Positions 48,876 to 59,809 of a stretch of DNA of 64,000 nucleotides are shown here, piece after piece. Made by a program: the position numbers and the translations under genes. The first letter of the stretch is position 1, and each line of letters begins with the position of its first letter. The notes beneath the pieces were generated by a model. It searched no databases and had not been told where the DNA came from. It worked only from the letters and a program-made list of their open reading frames with translations. This stretch comes from a virus, in IMG/VR virus record IMGVR_UViG_3300042562_002450, positions 64,001-128,000 of that record. One strand, 5' to 3'.

Positions 48876-50771
48876 CTATTCTTCCTTACCAGCTAAACGA
48901 TAATAATCCAGATATGGAGTTAGAAAACTAGTCTCAACATGATTCCTAATAATAACATGCACGTAGACATCTGTCTTTGTGATTTCTTGTCCTCTAATAG
49001 TATCTGGAGTAAGTATAGAGTTATTTTCTAAAAATCTAACATTATTGTCAATCACTAGTTCTTCTGGTTCTAAGATATATCTAGGAGTATATTTTGCTGT
49101 ATAAATTCCATTAATAATCTGGTCTGCTCTATGCATCAATTCAATGGCTGTCTTGTTTTCTGTTTCAAGAACGAATGGACTATTAGATGCAAGATCTTGT
49201 CTTTTATTAAATTTCCAGTCAACTCCTCTAATTAGGAGTTCTCCATTCCTGTAGAGCTCTATATTTGAGCCATCTCCATCTTTCTTATGAGCAAGGAATC
49301 TTAATCCAACTATGGATGTCTTTTCAAAATAAAGTCTTTCATTTGGTACTTCTAATGTCCCAATTGGCAAAATGTTAATAAAAGAAGTCTTCATTAGATT
49401 TCCATTAGAATCATAGTCTTTTTTGAATAAGCTATATTCGATTGAACCAGAAAGGATCTCTTGATTTGTTTCCCAGTGTTTTGCAGTTGGTATCATATCT
49501 TTAACATATAAACCAAGATTCCTTAGTGACTTAAACTCTTCAGGCTTAGATACATAAATGCCTTTGTTCTTATAACTATCATTTGATACTGTTATGGAAT
49601 TTAAAAGAAAAGAATAATGATACATTAAAACTGAATCTTCTAATCTTTTTTGCTCTAGACCAAGAATGTTTTTAACATTTGGGTCTTTTATTGACTCTCT
49701 AACCTGGGTGTCTATTGAGTCTAAACTTAGAGGTAAGCTTGGCTTCCTTTGCAGTTCAGCTAATGTTATTGGCTTTAATGGATTGAATGGAACTACCTGA
49801 CTAACGTCTTGTTTGAAAACAAAGAACAAACCTTTAGAAACTCTTTTTCTGAAAAGAATAGTTTTTGTTTCTGAAAGAATTCCTTTCTCTATTTCTATAC
49901 TTTCTTTTATATTATTACTGTCTAGAGTGTAGACCTCATCTAAGTAAGCAGGATCACTAGAGTTTGGTGAGATGGTTACTGAGTTAAATTCCTTAATGTC
50001 TCCAAAGTCTAATGCGATGACTAGCTTTGCTGGCTCTTTTAATTGTTTTCTAACTAAGACAGAATAACCCCAAGACTGAATAAAAGAAGGACTAACAATA
50101 TTTAGAATATCATTACCTGGATATGAGATGTCATGCTCAGAAGTAGTTGTCTGTTCTGCGACTACTCTAACTTCTGGAATAGCAATATTTACTCCATTAA
50201 ATTTTGGAAGAGATAGCTTCCCTTGTTTTGTATCTATACTACAAAGACTAATAAGATCTCCACGTTTTGCCATAGGGAAATCATAATAAAACTCTTTTGC
50301 AGAGTTATTTAAAAAATCAAGTTTATAAGATCCATCAATGAATGTATTATGATATATCTGATTAAATGCATTACTCGGAGAAGTTTCAATCTTTGCTGAT
50401 TCTAGATTCTGCTCTAATCTTTTGATTAAGAGCTCAGCCTCTGTGACTCCTCTTTCGAAAAAAATCTCTTGAGACTTTATCTTTGAAAATACATAATTTA
50501 TTTCCTGAAAGAGAACTTCAATGTCAGCTAATATTTCATCATTATTATTATTAAAGACTTCAGAATAAGCAATTCCAGGAGAAAGAAGTAAAGGAACAAA
50601 AAGAGGCTGATTGGCTGTTGACGCCACCTCTACTAAGTTATTCTTTAAGTCTTGTTTAAATTCTAATTCATTCCTATAAAAGCCTTGATCTTTCTTTTTT
50701 GAAAGCTTTCTTAATACTTGATTTCCTTGCAAGCTACCAATGAGTGAGCCAATACTCTCTAGTATCTTCAT
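48876..50771 (-). CDS. Putative baseplate/tail structural protein
   Basis: 631 aa; architecture similar to the two downstream genes. Confidence 0.55.
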   Translation of the reverse strand: MKILESIGSLIGSLQGNQVLRKLSKKKDQGFYRNELEFKQDLKNNLVEVASTANQPLFVPLLLSPGIAYSEVFNNNNDEILADIEVLFQEINYVFSKIKSQEIFFERGVTEAELLIKRLEQNLESAKIETSPSNAFNQIYHNTFIDGSYKLDFLNNSAKEFYYDFPMAKRGDLISLCSIDTKQGKLSLPKFNGVNIAIPEVRVVAEQTTTSEHDISYPGNDILNIVSPSFIQSWGYSVLVRKQLKEPAKLVIALDFGDIKEFNSVTISPNSSDPAYLDEVYTLDSNNIKESIEIEKGILSETKTILFRKRVSKGLFFVFKQDVSQVVPFNPLKPITLAELQRKPSLPLSLDSIDTQVRESIKDPNVKNILGLEQKRLEDSVLMYHYSFLLNSITVSNDSYKNKGIYVSKPEEFKSLRNLGLYVKDMIPTAKHWETNQEILSGSIEYSLFKKDYDSNGNLMKTSFINILPIGTLEVPNERLYFEKTSIVGLRFLAHKKDGDGSNIELYRNGELLIRGVDWKFNKRQDLASNSPFVLETENKTAIELMHRADQIINGIYTAKYTPRYILEPEELVIDNNVRFLENNSILTPDTIRGQEITKTDVYVHVIIRNHVETSFLTPYLDYYRLAGKEE

Positions 50772-51460
50772 AGAAGATCTCCTGGTGTGTATTTTATATT
50801 CAAAGTAAATAAATGATTTCCTGATTCTTTAATATATTCTGGAATTTTTAATTTAAATTTAATGCTGGCTTCTTCAAATCTTTGAATAACTCCTGCATTA
50901 TAAAGTAAAGGAATTGGATAATCAGAAGAAGATCCAAGTTTGCTTTTAATTATATGCTCAGTTGTGATTTGAATCTTATATCGATCACCCTCTAACGCTG
51001 CAGTAAAGTTATCATTAAGAGTGAATAGATTATTAACTGTATCGTAACTAGTAACAGTTCTTTTTTCTCCATTAGAAAAACCTGATAGCATTTCAATTTC
51101 TGACCCTGTAAAAATATCTCTTGTTTCTTTTCTTGAAATATCAACTAGTCTCCGGCTATCCTGTCTATATACTTCACCATAAAGTAATATATCTTGCTTG
51201 ATACACAGACCATAACCAGGATAATTATCTGCAAACCATAAGATTTTTTCAAAATCATATTCTTTGGTTTTAGTGCCATTATAATAATTATCATAAGGAG
51301 AGATGAACAATCCACAATCGACTATTGGCTTATTTGAATTGTGATTTATCTTAATCTCTAGGAAATCTGTTTCTGATTCTTTCTGTAATATACCTAGGTC
51401 TATATTGTCACGAATAATCTTATCATTTATTTTAAATGTTATAGCTGTACTGTTACTCAT
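50768..51460 (-). CDS. Structural hypothetical protein
   Basis: Start moved to ATG 51460, which overlaps the upstream stop at 51453. Shares the EIEMLSG..G..R.V..Y module with 51453-53762. Confidence 0.6.
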   Translation of the reverse strand: MSNSTAITFKINDKIIRDNIDLGILQKESETDFLEIKINHNSNKPIVDCGLFISPYDNYYNGTKTKEYDFEKILWFADNYPGYGLCIKQDILLYGEVYRQDSRRLVDISRKETRDIFTGSEIEMLSGFSNGEKRTVTSYDTVNNLFTLNDNFTAALEGDRYKIQITTEHIIKSKLGSSSDYPIPLLYNAGVIQRFEEASIKFKLKIPEYIKESGNHLFTLNIKYTPGDLL

Positions 51461-53762
51461 ATGATCCATTCCCGAATTCCTTCTCTCCATACTTCATACT
51501 AGGTAAACTACTTGAGTAGTTAAATGGCATGAATCCTAGAATCTTCGACCCAAGTCTAGATATCCCACCGACTATAGGAACAATCTGAACGTAATAATTT
51601 TTATCATTTTCTAAATTTTTTAATGTAATACTTGTTCTTGTTCCTGGCTCTGATGAATACTTCTGAAGGTTATCTGGGCTATTGCCAAGATAGATATCAT
51701 AATAATTGGCATTAATTAAACGCCATTCAAGATAAGCCTCTTTATCTCTAGGAGTAATATTTAGTATCTCTGTAGATTCATCATAGTATTCTATTATAAT
51801 AAAAGAACCACTTGAAGTATGTCTCTTAACTATCTCTTCTACTTGTTCTCTTCCAAATTCACCACCAAGCTCTTTTAGTATATATCTTGGAAGGTTAACA
51901 ACAATCGTTCCCATTCCAGGATATGCTTTCCCATCCCAGTTCCCTAGATCCCAGTACCATTCAGATTCATTTTGAAGTTTAATTGCCGAGCCTATTTGCT
52001 CTTTTGCAATTCCTCCACCTAATATTCTTGTGTCAAGCAACTCGATATCGGGAATTGATAATGTTTGTAATATAAAAGCTTCTGCAATTATTAAATAAAA
52101 TCGGCCTTGTGCAAGTGATTCCCACCCGCCATAAAAATAGCCAGATGAAGTATAAGAAGAAACTTTTTTAATAATTCTATAAACTGTTTCTTTTTCTATA
52201 TCTTGACTTGCACTATTGGTTAAAGATAATGTCTTAAGTAATGAGTTATAACCTGAAATTTTTGTTTTAAAACCAGAGTTAGGTCCAGAAAGTAATTCAA
52301 TCTCATAACCTGAATAGAAATCAGATTCCGAAAGGTTTGGATCTGAAAGAGTATTGTGAGAACCACCTGCAGCAATGCCATTAAAATTTGTATATCCTTG
52401 TGTCTCTGATGATTCTAGAATTGAATCATCATTATCAATAACAAGATGATGTACTCCTCTACTACTAGCATTTGGTACCATGTAGAAGATTATTTTCTTA
52501 CCTAAAATATCTGGATTTATATTAGGATTAACTGAAAGGTCATCATATGAATAGTATCTTTCAACGTATCGATAAGAAGCATAAACATTACTACCTTCTT
52601 CTATGTCCCTGTCTAATTGAAAGAAACCTGAGTTTGAAGATACAGATTTTATTGCATTCTTTTCATAGAAGATATCACTAACAAAACCTTGTTTTGTTAT
52701 GTATGTGTCAGAGTCAGGGTCATCCGTAAAAGCATGAGTTATTGCTCCATCTTCTTTTTTTACTACAATGTAAAAATAGAACTCTTGAATTCCTAAATTT
52801 GATATTGGATTAATATCAAGATGGAAAAGACTTGAGTTTATTCTTGTTGCTTTCTGTTCTTTTATTACTCTATAAGGAAATGCTGGATTAAAGAGCTGAG
52901 TGTAGTATTCAGGTACCCAATATTTTTTTCCATTATAGAAGAAGTCGCCTGGGGTGATTTTAAAATTCCATCGATCTTGCATCCCACCTAGTGCTGGAGC
53001 TTCTACTGATATCTTGCTTTGCTTCCTTCTTTTAAACCAAAATCTTTGAGAGTCAGTGGATGGTGTTGGACTTTTATTATAAGAATCAAAACCAACTTTT
53101 ACTGAGTAGCTATTCCCAACTTGAGTAATTGTATACTCTCTTTTCTCTGAAGAAGAAGAGTAAGATGCTTGCTGATAAAAAATTCTAGAATCAAGAAGAC
53201 TCTCGACGACTAGTTGATTGTCGAGGTTCTTATATCTAACATAGTATATTTCATATACTTCTTCTTTTATATTGCAAATTAGATTTGTATATATCCCTTT
53301 TTTAGAATATCCAATGGTTGCCGATTCATCATAATAAGACCAGAGTGTTTTACTAACTGGAAGCTTATCTTCATTTAGTAGTTCAATATTACTTATATTC
53401 TGAACATGACTTAAGTCATGCCAGTAGTAAAGTGGAGTATCTACTCCATCTGTATTTTTTACAACATCTGTAATATGAAATCCAGCATAGTCGATAACAA
53501 TATCATCTACTCTGAATTCTTCTTCTTCAATGCTTTCTTTTGAGTTACGACTAATAACATTAGACTTATCTATGATTAGAATATTTTTCTTTGTATTAAT
53601 CTTTGGAGATGAGATATATGAAACCCCTAGACTTTGATTCGCATAGCGAGACCCTAGTCTTAAGAATTCAATCTCATCTTTAACATTAATTCTAGTATCA
53701 AATTTCTTTTCAATACTATGATTATTTAAAGTATAATTAAAGCTAACAGAACCAATTGGCAT
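51453..53762 (-). CDS. Virion structural protein with C-terminal fibronectin type III-like domain
   Basis: RILGGG...YWDLGNWDG..YP motif; ends EAYLEW...YYDIY...ITLKNLENDKNYYVQIVP (FnIII pattern). Confidence 0.65.
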   Translation of the reverse strand: MPIGSVSFNYTLNNHSIEKKFDTRINVKDEIEFLRLGSRYANQSLGVSYISSPKINTKKNILIIDKSNVISRNSKESIEEEEFRVDDIVIDYAGFHITDVVKNTDGVDTPLYYWHDLSHVQNISNIELLNEDKLPVSKTLWSYYDESATIGYSKKGIYTNLICNIKEEVYEIYYVRYKNLDNQLVVESLLDSRIFYQQASYSSSSEKREYTITQVGNSYSVKVGFDSYNKSPTPSTDSQRFWFKRRKQSKISVEAPALGGMQDRWNFKITPGDFFYNGKKYWVPEYYTQLFNPAFPYRVIKEQKATRINSSLFHLDINPISNLGIQEFYFYIVVKKEDGAITHAFTDDPDSDTYITKQGFVSDIFYEKNAIKSVSSNSGFFQLDRDIEEGSNVYASYRYVERYYSYDDLSVNPNINPDILGKKIIFYMVPNASSRGVHHLVIDNDDSILESSETQGYTNFNGIAAGGSHNTLSDPNLSESDFYSGYEIELLSGPNSGFKTKISGYNSLLKTLSLTNSASQDIEKETVYRIIKKVSSYTSSGYFYGGWESLAQGRFYLIIAEAFILQTLSIPDIELLDTRILGGGIAKEQIGSAIKLQNESEWYWDLGNWDGKAYPGMGTIVVNLPRYILKELGGEFGREQVEEIVKRHTSSGSFIIIEYYDESTEILNITPRDKEAYLEWRLINANYYDIYLGNSPDNLQKYSSEPGTRTSITLKNLENDKNYYVQIVPIVGGISRLGSKILGFMPFNYSSSLPSMKYGEKEFGNGSYE

Positions 53763-54018
53763 TGCTTAATTCTCCAAAAACTTCATCACCACCAACAATT
53801 AACTCATCGCGTGATCTAAGATATAATGCAGGCACCTGACTAACAGGGGAGATACCAACAAGATTATTATCAATATAAGATTCTATTTTTCCTTCATTAT
53901 CAGATTTTACATAAACTAGCGTTAAGCATCTAGTCCATTTTTCAGAATCTTTTTGGCTTATTATCTTAAGTAGAAATGAGCAAATAAGGCAATCTTCTGA
54001 TAGAAATAAGTAATTCAT
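53743..54018 (-). CDS. Small hypothetical protein
   Basis: 91 aa after GAGG RBS. Confidence 0.6.
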   Translation of the reverse strand: MNYLFLSEDCLICSFLLKIISQKDSEKWTRCLTLVYVKSDNEGKIESYIDNNLVGISPVSQVPALYLRSRDELIVGGDEVFGELSNANWFC

Positions 54019-54025
54019 TTAAACC

Positions 54026-54057
54026 TCAAGTGATAATTATGATATTCTATCACTTGA
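54026..54057. repeat. Perfect 10-bp inverted repeat overlapping an RBS
   Basis: TCAAGTGATA-N12-TATCACTTGA. Confidence 0.7.
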
Positions 54058-54081
54058 AGTTTAATAATCAAAGAACTTATT

Positions 54082-56787
54082 TTACGACCAAGAACTTGCT
54101 CTAGCATATGTCATATTGAAAATCTCAAAAGAGTCAAAAACAATGCCTGTACTGCTTAGTGTAACATTTATGATTGGCTGAACAAATCTAGTATCGACAG
54201 GGAACATTAATCCTGTATATCCAGAAGTTCCTACCATCATTGCTTTATAAAAGTTTTCATCCATTGATGTATTTAATAGAGAGAAACCGCTAAGGATAAA
54301 ATATCTAGTACCAAGGTAAGCATAGTCTGCGCTATAGCAATCTACGCCAACAGAGGCTCCACCTGTTGCCCCTCCTCTTATAATATTAATATGCCCAGCA
54401 ATACCAACATTAATATTTACTGGTAGCATTTTCTTAGAAACAATAGTGCCATCTCCAACAATCTTGAATGCTCCTTTACCCATAGCTCCTGGTAGCGTAT
54501 TGTCAAAAGTAACAATAGATGATCCTGCTTTAACAACGTATTCATTAAGGATTTCATCTTTTAAAGACCAGTCATTAACTGTTGAACCAGAATAACATAT
54601 TGCATTCTTGGATACAGTCTGAACTGTTTTAATCAATGAAGCGCCTGTGTACTCAGTTGTTTTTATACAATTAAAGAAATTTACATTCTCTAATATTCTT
54701 AGATCATTAGCGCTAGAAGTTATCTGTATCGCGGTATTTAATGAAGAACAATTAACTTTAGAAATAACGCAATTGCTTGTATTTGCTAGTATTCCAATTG
54801 CTGCATTTTGAATAAGGACATCGCAGACTTTTGATCCTGACCCCATACTTATCAATGTTCCAGTACCAGTTATTGTTGTAGAATTTCCTGCACCCTCAAG
54901 AATAACATTTGCAGGAAGTGTAATCGTATTACCTAGAATATTGTAGTTACCAGCAAGAACTTTAATTGTTCCACCATAAGCAACATCATCAAGAGCTGAT
55001 GTGAAGGTACTATAGCTTTGCCCGTTATACTTACCAAAACTATTAATTCCATCTCCGATTACTACGGTATATCCTGAGAAAGCCCATGGACTTATCCACT
55101 TAGATCCATTGTAAAAGACAATAGCTTTTTCAAGAGAACTATATAGAAGCTTCCCTTCTTCTGCTGTAGTTCCAGCAGTAGTCCGTGGAATGAATGTTAG
55201 TTCATCATTAATGTATACTTTCCCTTGCATGAAGATTGTATCTGATGCTAGATGGCCTAGTACTATATTTCCAGAAGTTCGAATGTCTCCTTCGAGAAAG
55301 ATATTTTTACGTGCTGAGTTTAGGTCACTGACTGCACCTTGAATCCATAGTCCACAATCAATTATACCTGTAGTTAAGCCACCGTAAGCATGATCAATGT
55401 TATATGTTTTGAATTTAGCATATTTAATTTCTGGACCTTTGGCTATATTTCCAAAGTATAAAGAATTAGAGTCTGAGTCAACATTGTAGTTTTCATGAAT
55501 TGAATCACTTGCACCTGTTGAGTTACTGCCAATTACAACATGGCCTCTGATTATATTACCTCCAGCTCCTTTATCTGTATCAGTAAAACCATCTCGATGA
55601 AAATACATAGAGTGATCATTATTAATAATGTTAGAAGGGCCATAATATTTAGATCTATTTGTGATGCTTACGGTTCCAGTTCTAAGGTCTAATAGATTTT
55701 TGTGACTAATTAATCGGGTCATATCGTTTCCGACACCCGTATTGCCATAGACTATTTGAGTAAGGCCACTGAGCTGAGTTGCTATACTATTTGCAGCAAC
55801 GACAATAACATACTTACCAGATGCTACATTTAATATAATATCTGACTCAGTTTGCATTGTGAATTGATACTTTCTAGCTGAGCTTGAAGTTGCAGCCTGA
55901 AGGAAAATGATACCTTCAACTTCTCTTTTAGTATTCCAATCATATAACTTAATTAAGTTTAAAGGTATTTGTTTTGAAAATCCATTAGTATCATCAGCAT
56001 CTAATCCCAGTCCATCAAGACCAAAGAAAAATTTTGGTAACTCATATTGACTATTAAGGCCAACACTAGAAACCTTATTCGAAGCAGAGAAGTCAACAAT
56101 AGCACCAAGCTTATCGTACATCTTAGTTCTTACTGGTAATGTAACTTCATAAATCTTAGCATTAGAATCGATAACACTAATTGAAACAAATGGTCCATCA
56201 TTTTCAGCTTGTGCTAAATTTGGGATTGTATTTTCTGATGCAGATTCAAGAGAAGAACCTCTTCCTGATGTGACTTTTTTAAATATAATACTACCGCCCT
56301 CAGATGGGGCATGAGTAACTAGTTTCCTTCCTCTTTTAATATTCCCAGCTTCAACATAAGAAGATACTATAGTCCAGTCGCCTGGGGTCTCAAGTAGTTC
56401 TACTGTATTCTTATACTGACCAATAGAGACTGATGAGTCAGAACTAAGATCGATCAAGTCGTTAAGTGATCCAACTGGAATCATATCCATCTCGTGCTCA
56501 ACAGCACCCAGAGTTAGATTCTGAGTATATCCTGTCAACTCATAGGCGGGAAGTATGTGTGGATTTAATTTACTGAAGTCACCAAGATTTCTAGCGAGTG
56601 TAGCGACCCATGTATTAAATTGCCCTTCTTCTCCTGCGAGATCTCCTATCTTGTTTTCAAGATATTCTATAGCAGAATCTGCTTGTCTCATCATCCCTTG
56701 TAGCTTTTCAGCTGTCGGAGATTCACCAGGAACAAATGATGTTACTAGAGGAGTAAGGTCACGGATTTTATCATTCTTATATGTCAT
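54082..56787 (-). CDS. Tail fibre/tailspike with short beta-helix and C-terminal carbohydrate-binding-like domain
   Basis: N-terminus FVPGESPTAEKLQ; SALDDVAYGGTIKVLAGNY beta-helix entry. Confidence 0.65.
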   Translation of the reverse strand: MTYKNDKIRDLTPLVTSFVPGESPTAEKLQGMMRQADSAIEYLENKIGDLAGEEGQFNTWVATLARNLGDFSKLNPHILPAYELTGYTQNLTLGAVEHEMDMIPVGSLNDLIDLSSDSSVSIGQYKNTVELLETPGDWTIVSSYVEAGNIKRGRKLVTHAPSEGGSIIFKKVTSGRGSSLESASENTIPNLAQAENDGPFVSISVIDSNAKIYEVTLPVRTKMYDKLGAIVDFSASNKVSSVGLNSQYELPKFFFGLDGLGLDADDTNGFSKQIPLNLIKLYDWNTKREVEGIIFLQAATSSSARKYQFTMQTESDIILNVASGKYVIVVAANSIATQLSGLTQIVYGNTGVGNDMTRLISHKNLLDLRTGTVSITNRSKYYGPSNIINNDHSMYFHRDGFTDTDKGAGGNIIRGHVVIGSNSTGASDSIHENYNVDSDSNSLYFGNIAKGPEIKYAKFKTYNIDHAYGGLTTGIIDCGLWIQGAVSDLNSARKNIFLEGDIRTSGNIVLGHLASDTIFMQGKVYINDELTFIPRTTAGTTAEEGKLLYSSLEKAIVFYNGSKWISPWAFSGYTVVIGDGINSFGKYNGQSYSTFTSALDDVAYGGTIKVLAGNYNILGNTITLPANVILEGAGNSTTITGTGTLISMGSGSKVCDVLIQNAAIGILANTSNCVISKVNCSSLNTAIQITSSANDLRILENVNFFNCIKTTEYTGASLIKTVQTVSKNAICYSGSTVNDWSLKDEILNEYVVKAGSSIVTFDNTLPGAMGKGAFKIVGDGTIVSKKMLPVNINVGIAGHINIIRGGATGGASVGVDCYSADYAYLGTRYFILSGFSLLNTSMDENFYKAMMVGTSGYTGLMFPVDTRFVQPIINVTLSSTGIVFDSFEIFNMTYARASSWS

Positions 56788-56794
56788 ATTTCAC

Positions 56795-59700
56795 CTATAC
56801 ATTGATATCGATATATGTAGCTGTATTAATTTGAGATCTCTCATAACTCAAAGGAGGGGTTGGTAATGTCCATGTCCCTGTCTGAATTGGAGAGTACTCA
56901 CATGTTAAGCTTACAATGTTTGAATACACTCTAGCACCATCTATGTCAACAAAAGCTCTTGCTTCAATATTCTTCTTAGCTACGACATAAAAGCCTCTAA
57001 GGCTTGGTTCATAGTTTGGAGCATATGGATCAAAAGGTTGAGGTAACTGCTCGCTAAAACCAATAATGGATCCAGCAAGATATTCTCCACGAACTGGAGC
57101 TCCATCTTTATATAAAAGGACTAAACGTCCACCTTTTCTTGTAATGCTATTATATGGTAAAAAGTTATCGTTATCATCTAAAATTTTAAATATTAAAATA
57201 TTAGCAAGATCACCTTGTATGGTTTCACTTAGCTTTAATGAGTAATAAGGGAATCCACCTTTAGTGCCATAGTTGTTCTCTAAAGAACTACCTGCAGTAG
57301 AGATAGAAAGCCCAGCCTCATAAAGATCAACGCGCATACCCATATCTTCAAGTCGAGAAGATGGGATGTATGTAGTTGAGACGTAACCATCTGAATTTGT
57401 TACTAAAGCCTTATCTCTAAATGCACCTGCACCATTAATGAATTCAAAATTAATCTTGGTTCCTGATACTAGTTCATCATCTTGTGTCAATACAACTGCA
57501 GATATCTCTGCAGTTTCAAATACGTTAATTGCTTTAGATGCAAATTCCGCAACAATCTGACTTGGTATTATCTTTTTTCTATCAAGATAAAGGAAACCTG
57601 CATTCATATTCTGCTTAGTTAAATTAAGATCAATGCTCTTTGCAGTCCAAAGATTGTTTGATTCTTCTGGTTCAAATTGGATTTTAAGTGTTGGTTTATA
57701 GCCAGCAAGTACTCTTAAATACTTGCCAGGAATTTGTCCTGTTATATTATTTCCAAATTTAATTAAACCAAGAGCAGGGTCTACTTCATAAACCTTATCA
57801 GTAGGTCCATATCCTGATATGCTCTTAACTCTTCTCCAGTCTGAATCAAAAGAATTGTCATATTCATCATAAAGAAATATCGAAAAATTCTTAGTATCAA
57901 GTAGTTGAATACTAGAGTAATCTATAATTGGAAAATCGCTTAATCTAAAAGACTGTAATGGATTTCCACTTGAGAAGCCTAAGTTGTCAAGTGTCCCAAG
58001 ATCTGAGAAATTTGGATCTGTAATTCTAGACCCCTTATCTGAAGTATAATCATGATTAAATTCAATCACTGCGGGGTAATCGAAAACATAAGAGATACTT
58101 CCTAGATCCTTATATGGATAGGCTAAACTAACTTCAACTTCTCCTGTTTGGTAATCAACAGCATAATCTCCAATCTCTTCAACGCCTTCTCCAAAAAGAA
58201 AAGAGCCATAGCTTGCTTCACCATATCTGTTTGCTTTTGTTTTTTGTTTTTTAAATATATCTTTTCTAGAAAAAATCATATTAAATTCTTTCAATGGAAC
58301 TGATGGTAATTGAAAAAAATAAGAACCAGCAATCAGATCAGTAGTTATTGGAATTTTCCAATTCTCCATTTTATTATTTTTATTTAGCTTAACAATAAAC
58401 TCATCTTGATTTGAATCAATGTTAGATGGATTTTCTGTGTTTAACTCAACTCCATTTACAATCTTACCAGTAAAGCTTGCTTTCTTTAATATCTTCTTCT
58501 TTTGTAGAGTAACCTTGGTATCTGGATCTTCCTTCATTGAGAAAGCGGCAACAGGTATTCCAATCTTAGGATAATATAAAAGATTGTGATAAGACCTTCC
58601 ATCTTCTGTTTTTTGTTCACTTAGGTATTCAATAATTGATTCATCACTAAATAAATAATACGGAACATTCTCAATATAGTAAGTCCCATGATTTAGTTTT
58701 GCATACCATGACTCTTGATCATTTTGTTTATTTTTATATATCCCATTAACACTTAAGGCATTATCAGAACCAACTCCAGATTCAAAAAAAAGATTTGGAA
58801 TATTCCCTGTTGTTGGATCCCAAAGAGTAGGGACAGAAAGTTCTTTATTCTTTTGATTTTCTGGAAGAAGGTAACCTTCATCCCACTGAAATCCTTCTTG
58901 ATTTTTAAATAGATCTTCTCTCGATGGATTGACGTACTGAGCATAAATTGCTTGGATTGTATCATAATCTTTCTTTACTTTTCCAGCTCCAGCACCTAAT
59001 ACATAACGTACATTATCTATTTTCTTTTGAATAGTAAGATCTGCTGACATAACAATTAAGTCACCAAGGAGAATTTCTCCTGGTATTGTTATAGTTCTAA
59101 TCTTTGTACTTTCAAAAGAAACAATTCGTGTTGGATATCCACCAAAAGAAACAGCACTAAGAGCACAAAGATTTTTGACTAAAACACTTGAATTTAAAGC
59201 GACTCCATTCTCGGGAGTTTCTGAAAAGACTTCTAACCTATATGCGGAGGAGTCTTGTGTTTTTAATTTTAATAAAAAAATCTCTGTAGAGTCAATAACA
59301 ACTGAACCATGTAATTGTCCACCTGAAATATGGATACCAAGCTTTTCTACTGAATTTGGATTAATTGACTCTTCAACTCTTGAGATTAAAGAAGTCCCTA
59401 GTTTTTCTTCTAAGACTAGCTGGTAACCTTTGAGTTCGCTATAGTTAAAATATAAGCGAATTTTCTTTGAAGTATTATCTTCACTTATTAATTCAAAACC
59501 TAATAGCTTTGCATTCTTAATCAAAGGTAACGATAGAGGCAATATAGAGAAATCTAATAACATCTTAAAAGCAGAAGGCATAAGTCTATCTAATCTAAAA
59601 GAAGATCTTTGAGAAAGATTCTCAGTTATGTTCAACTTAATCCCAGCTGTATTATCTTCAAGAGATGCTAGGTTTGTAGATGTATTAATTACATTACTTA

Positions 59701-59809
59701 TCGATGGGACTATCTCATACTTTGGCTTGAGAAAATTATTACCAGTGATGTCAATTGTAACGCCACCAGTAATCTTTGAAGTTTTTGGTTCAATACTGAA
59801 TATTGCCAC
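56795..59809 (-). CDS. Baseplate-associated protein with Ig-like segments
   Basis: IPT/TIG-like start IFSIEPK...GGVTIDITGNNF; VYEVDPALGLIKFGNNITGQIP baseplate motif; Big_1-like SAVVLTQDDELVSGTKINF...TNSDGYVSTTY. Confidence 0.6.
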   Translation of the reverse strand: MAIFSIEPKTSKITGGVTIDITGNNFLKPKYEIVPSISNVINTSTNLASLEDNTAGIKLNITENLSQRSSFRLDRLMPSAFKMLLDFSILPLSLPLIKNAKLLGFELISEDNTSKKIRLYFNYSELKGYQLVLEEKLGTSLISRVEESINPNSVEKLGIHISGGQLHGSVVIDSTEIFLLKLKTQDSSAYRLEVFSETPENGVALNSSVLVKNLCALSAVSFGGYPTRIVSFESTKIRTITIPGEILLGDLIVMSADLTIQKKIDNVRYVLGAGAGKVKKDYDTIQAIYAQYVNPSREDLFKNQEGFQWDEGYLLPENQKNKELSVPTLWDPTTGNIPNLFFESGVGSDNALSVNGIYKNKQNDQESWYAKLNHGTYYIENVPYYLFSDESIIEYLSEQKTEDGRSYHNLLYYPKIGIPVAAFSMKEDPDTKVTLQKKKILKKASFTGKIVNGVELNTENPSNIDSNQDEFIVKLNKNNKMENWKIPITTDLIAGSYFFQLPSVPLKEFNMIFSRKDIFKKQKTKANRYGEASYGSFLFGEGVEEIGDYAVDYQTGEVEVSLAYPYKDLGSISYVFDYPAVIEFNHDYTSDKGSRITDPNFSDLGTLDNLGFSSGNPLQSFRLSDFPIIDYSSIQLLDTKNFSIFLYDEYDNSFDSDWRRVKSISGYGPTDKVYEVDPALGLIKFGNNITGQIPGKYLRVLAGYKPTLKIQFEPEESNNLWTAKSIDLNLTKQNMNAGFLYLDRKKIIPSQIVAEFASKAINVFETAEISAVVLTQDDELVSGTKINFEFINGAGAFRDKALVTNSDGYVSTTYIPSSRLEDMGMRVDLYEAGLSISTAGSSLENNYGTKGGFPYYSLKLSETIQGDLANILIFKILDDNDNFLPYNSITRKGGRLVLLYKDGAPVRGEYLAGSIIGFSEQLPQPFDPYAPNYEPSLRGFYVVAKKNIEARAFVDIDGARVYSNIVSLTCEYSPIQTGTWTLPTPPLSYERSQINTATYIDINV

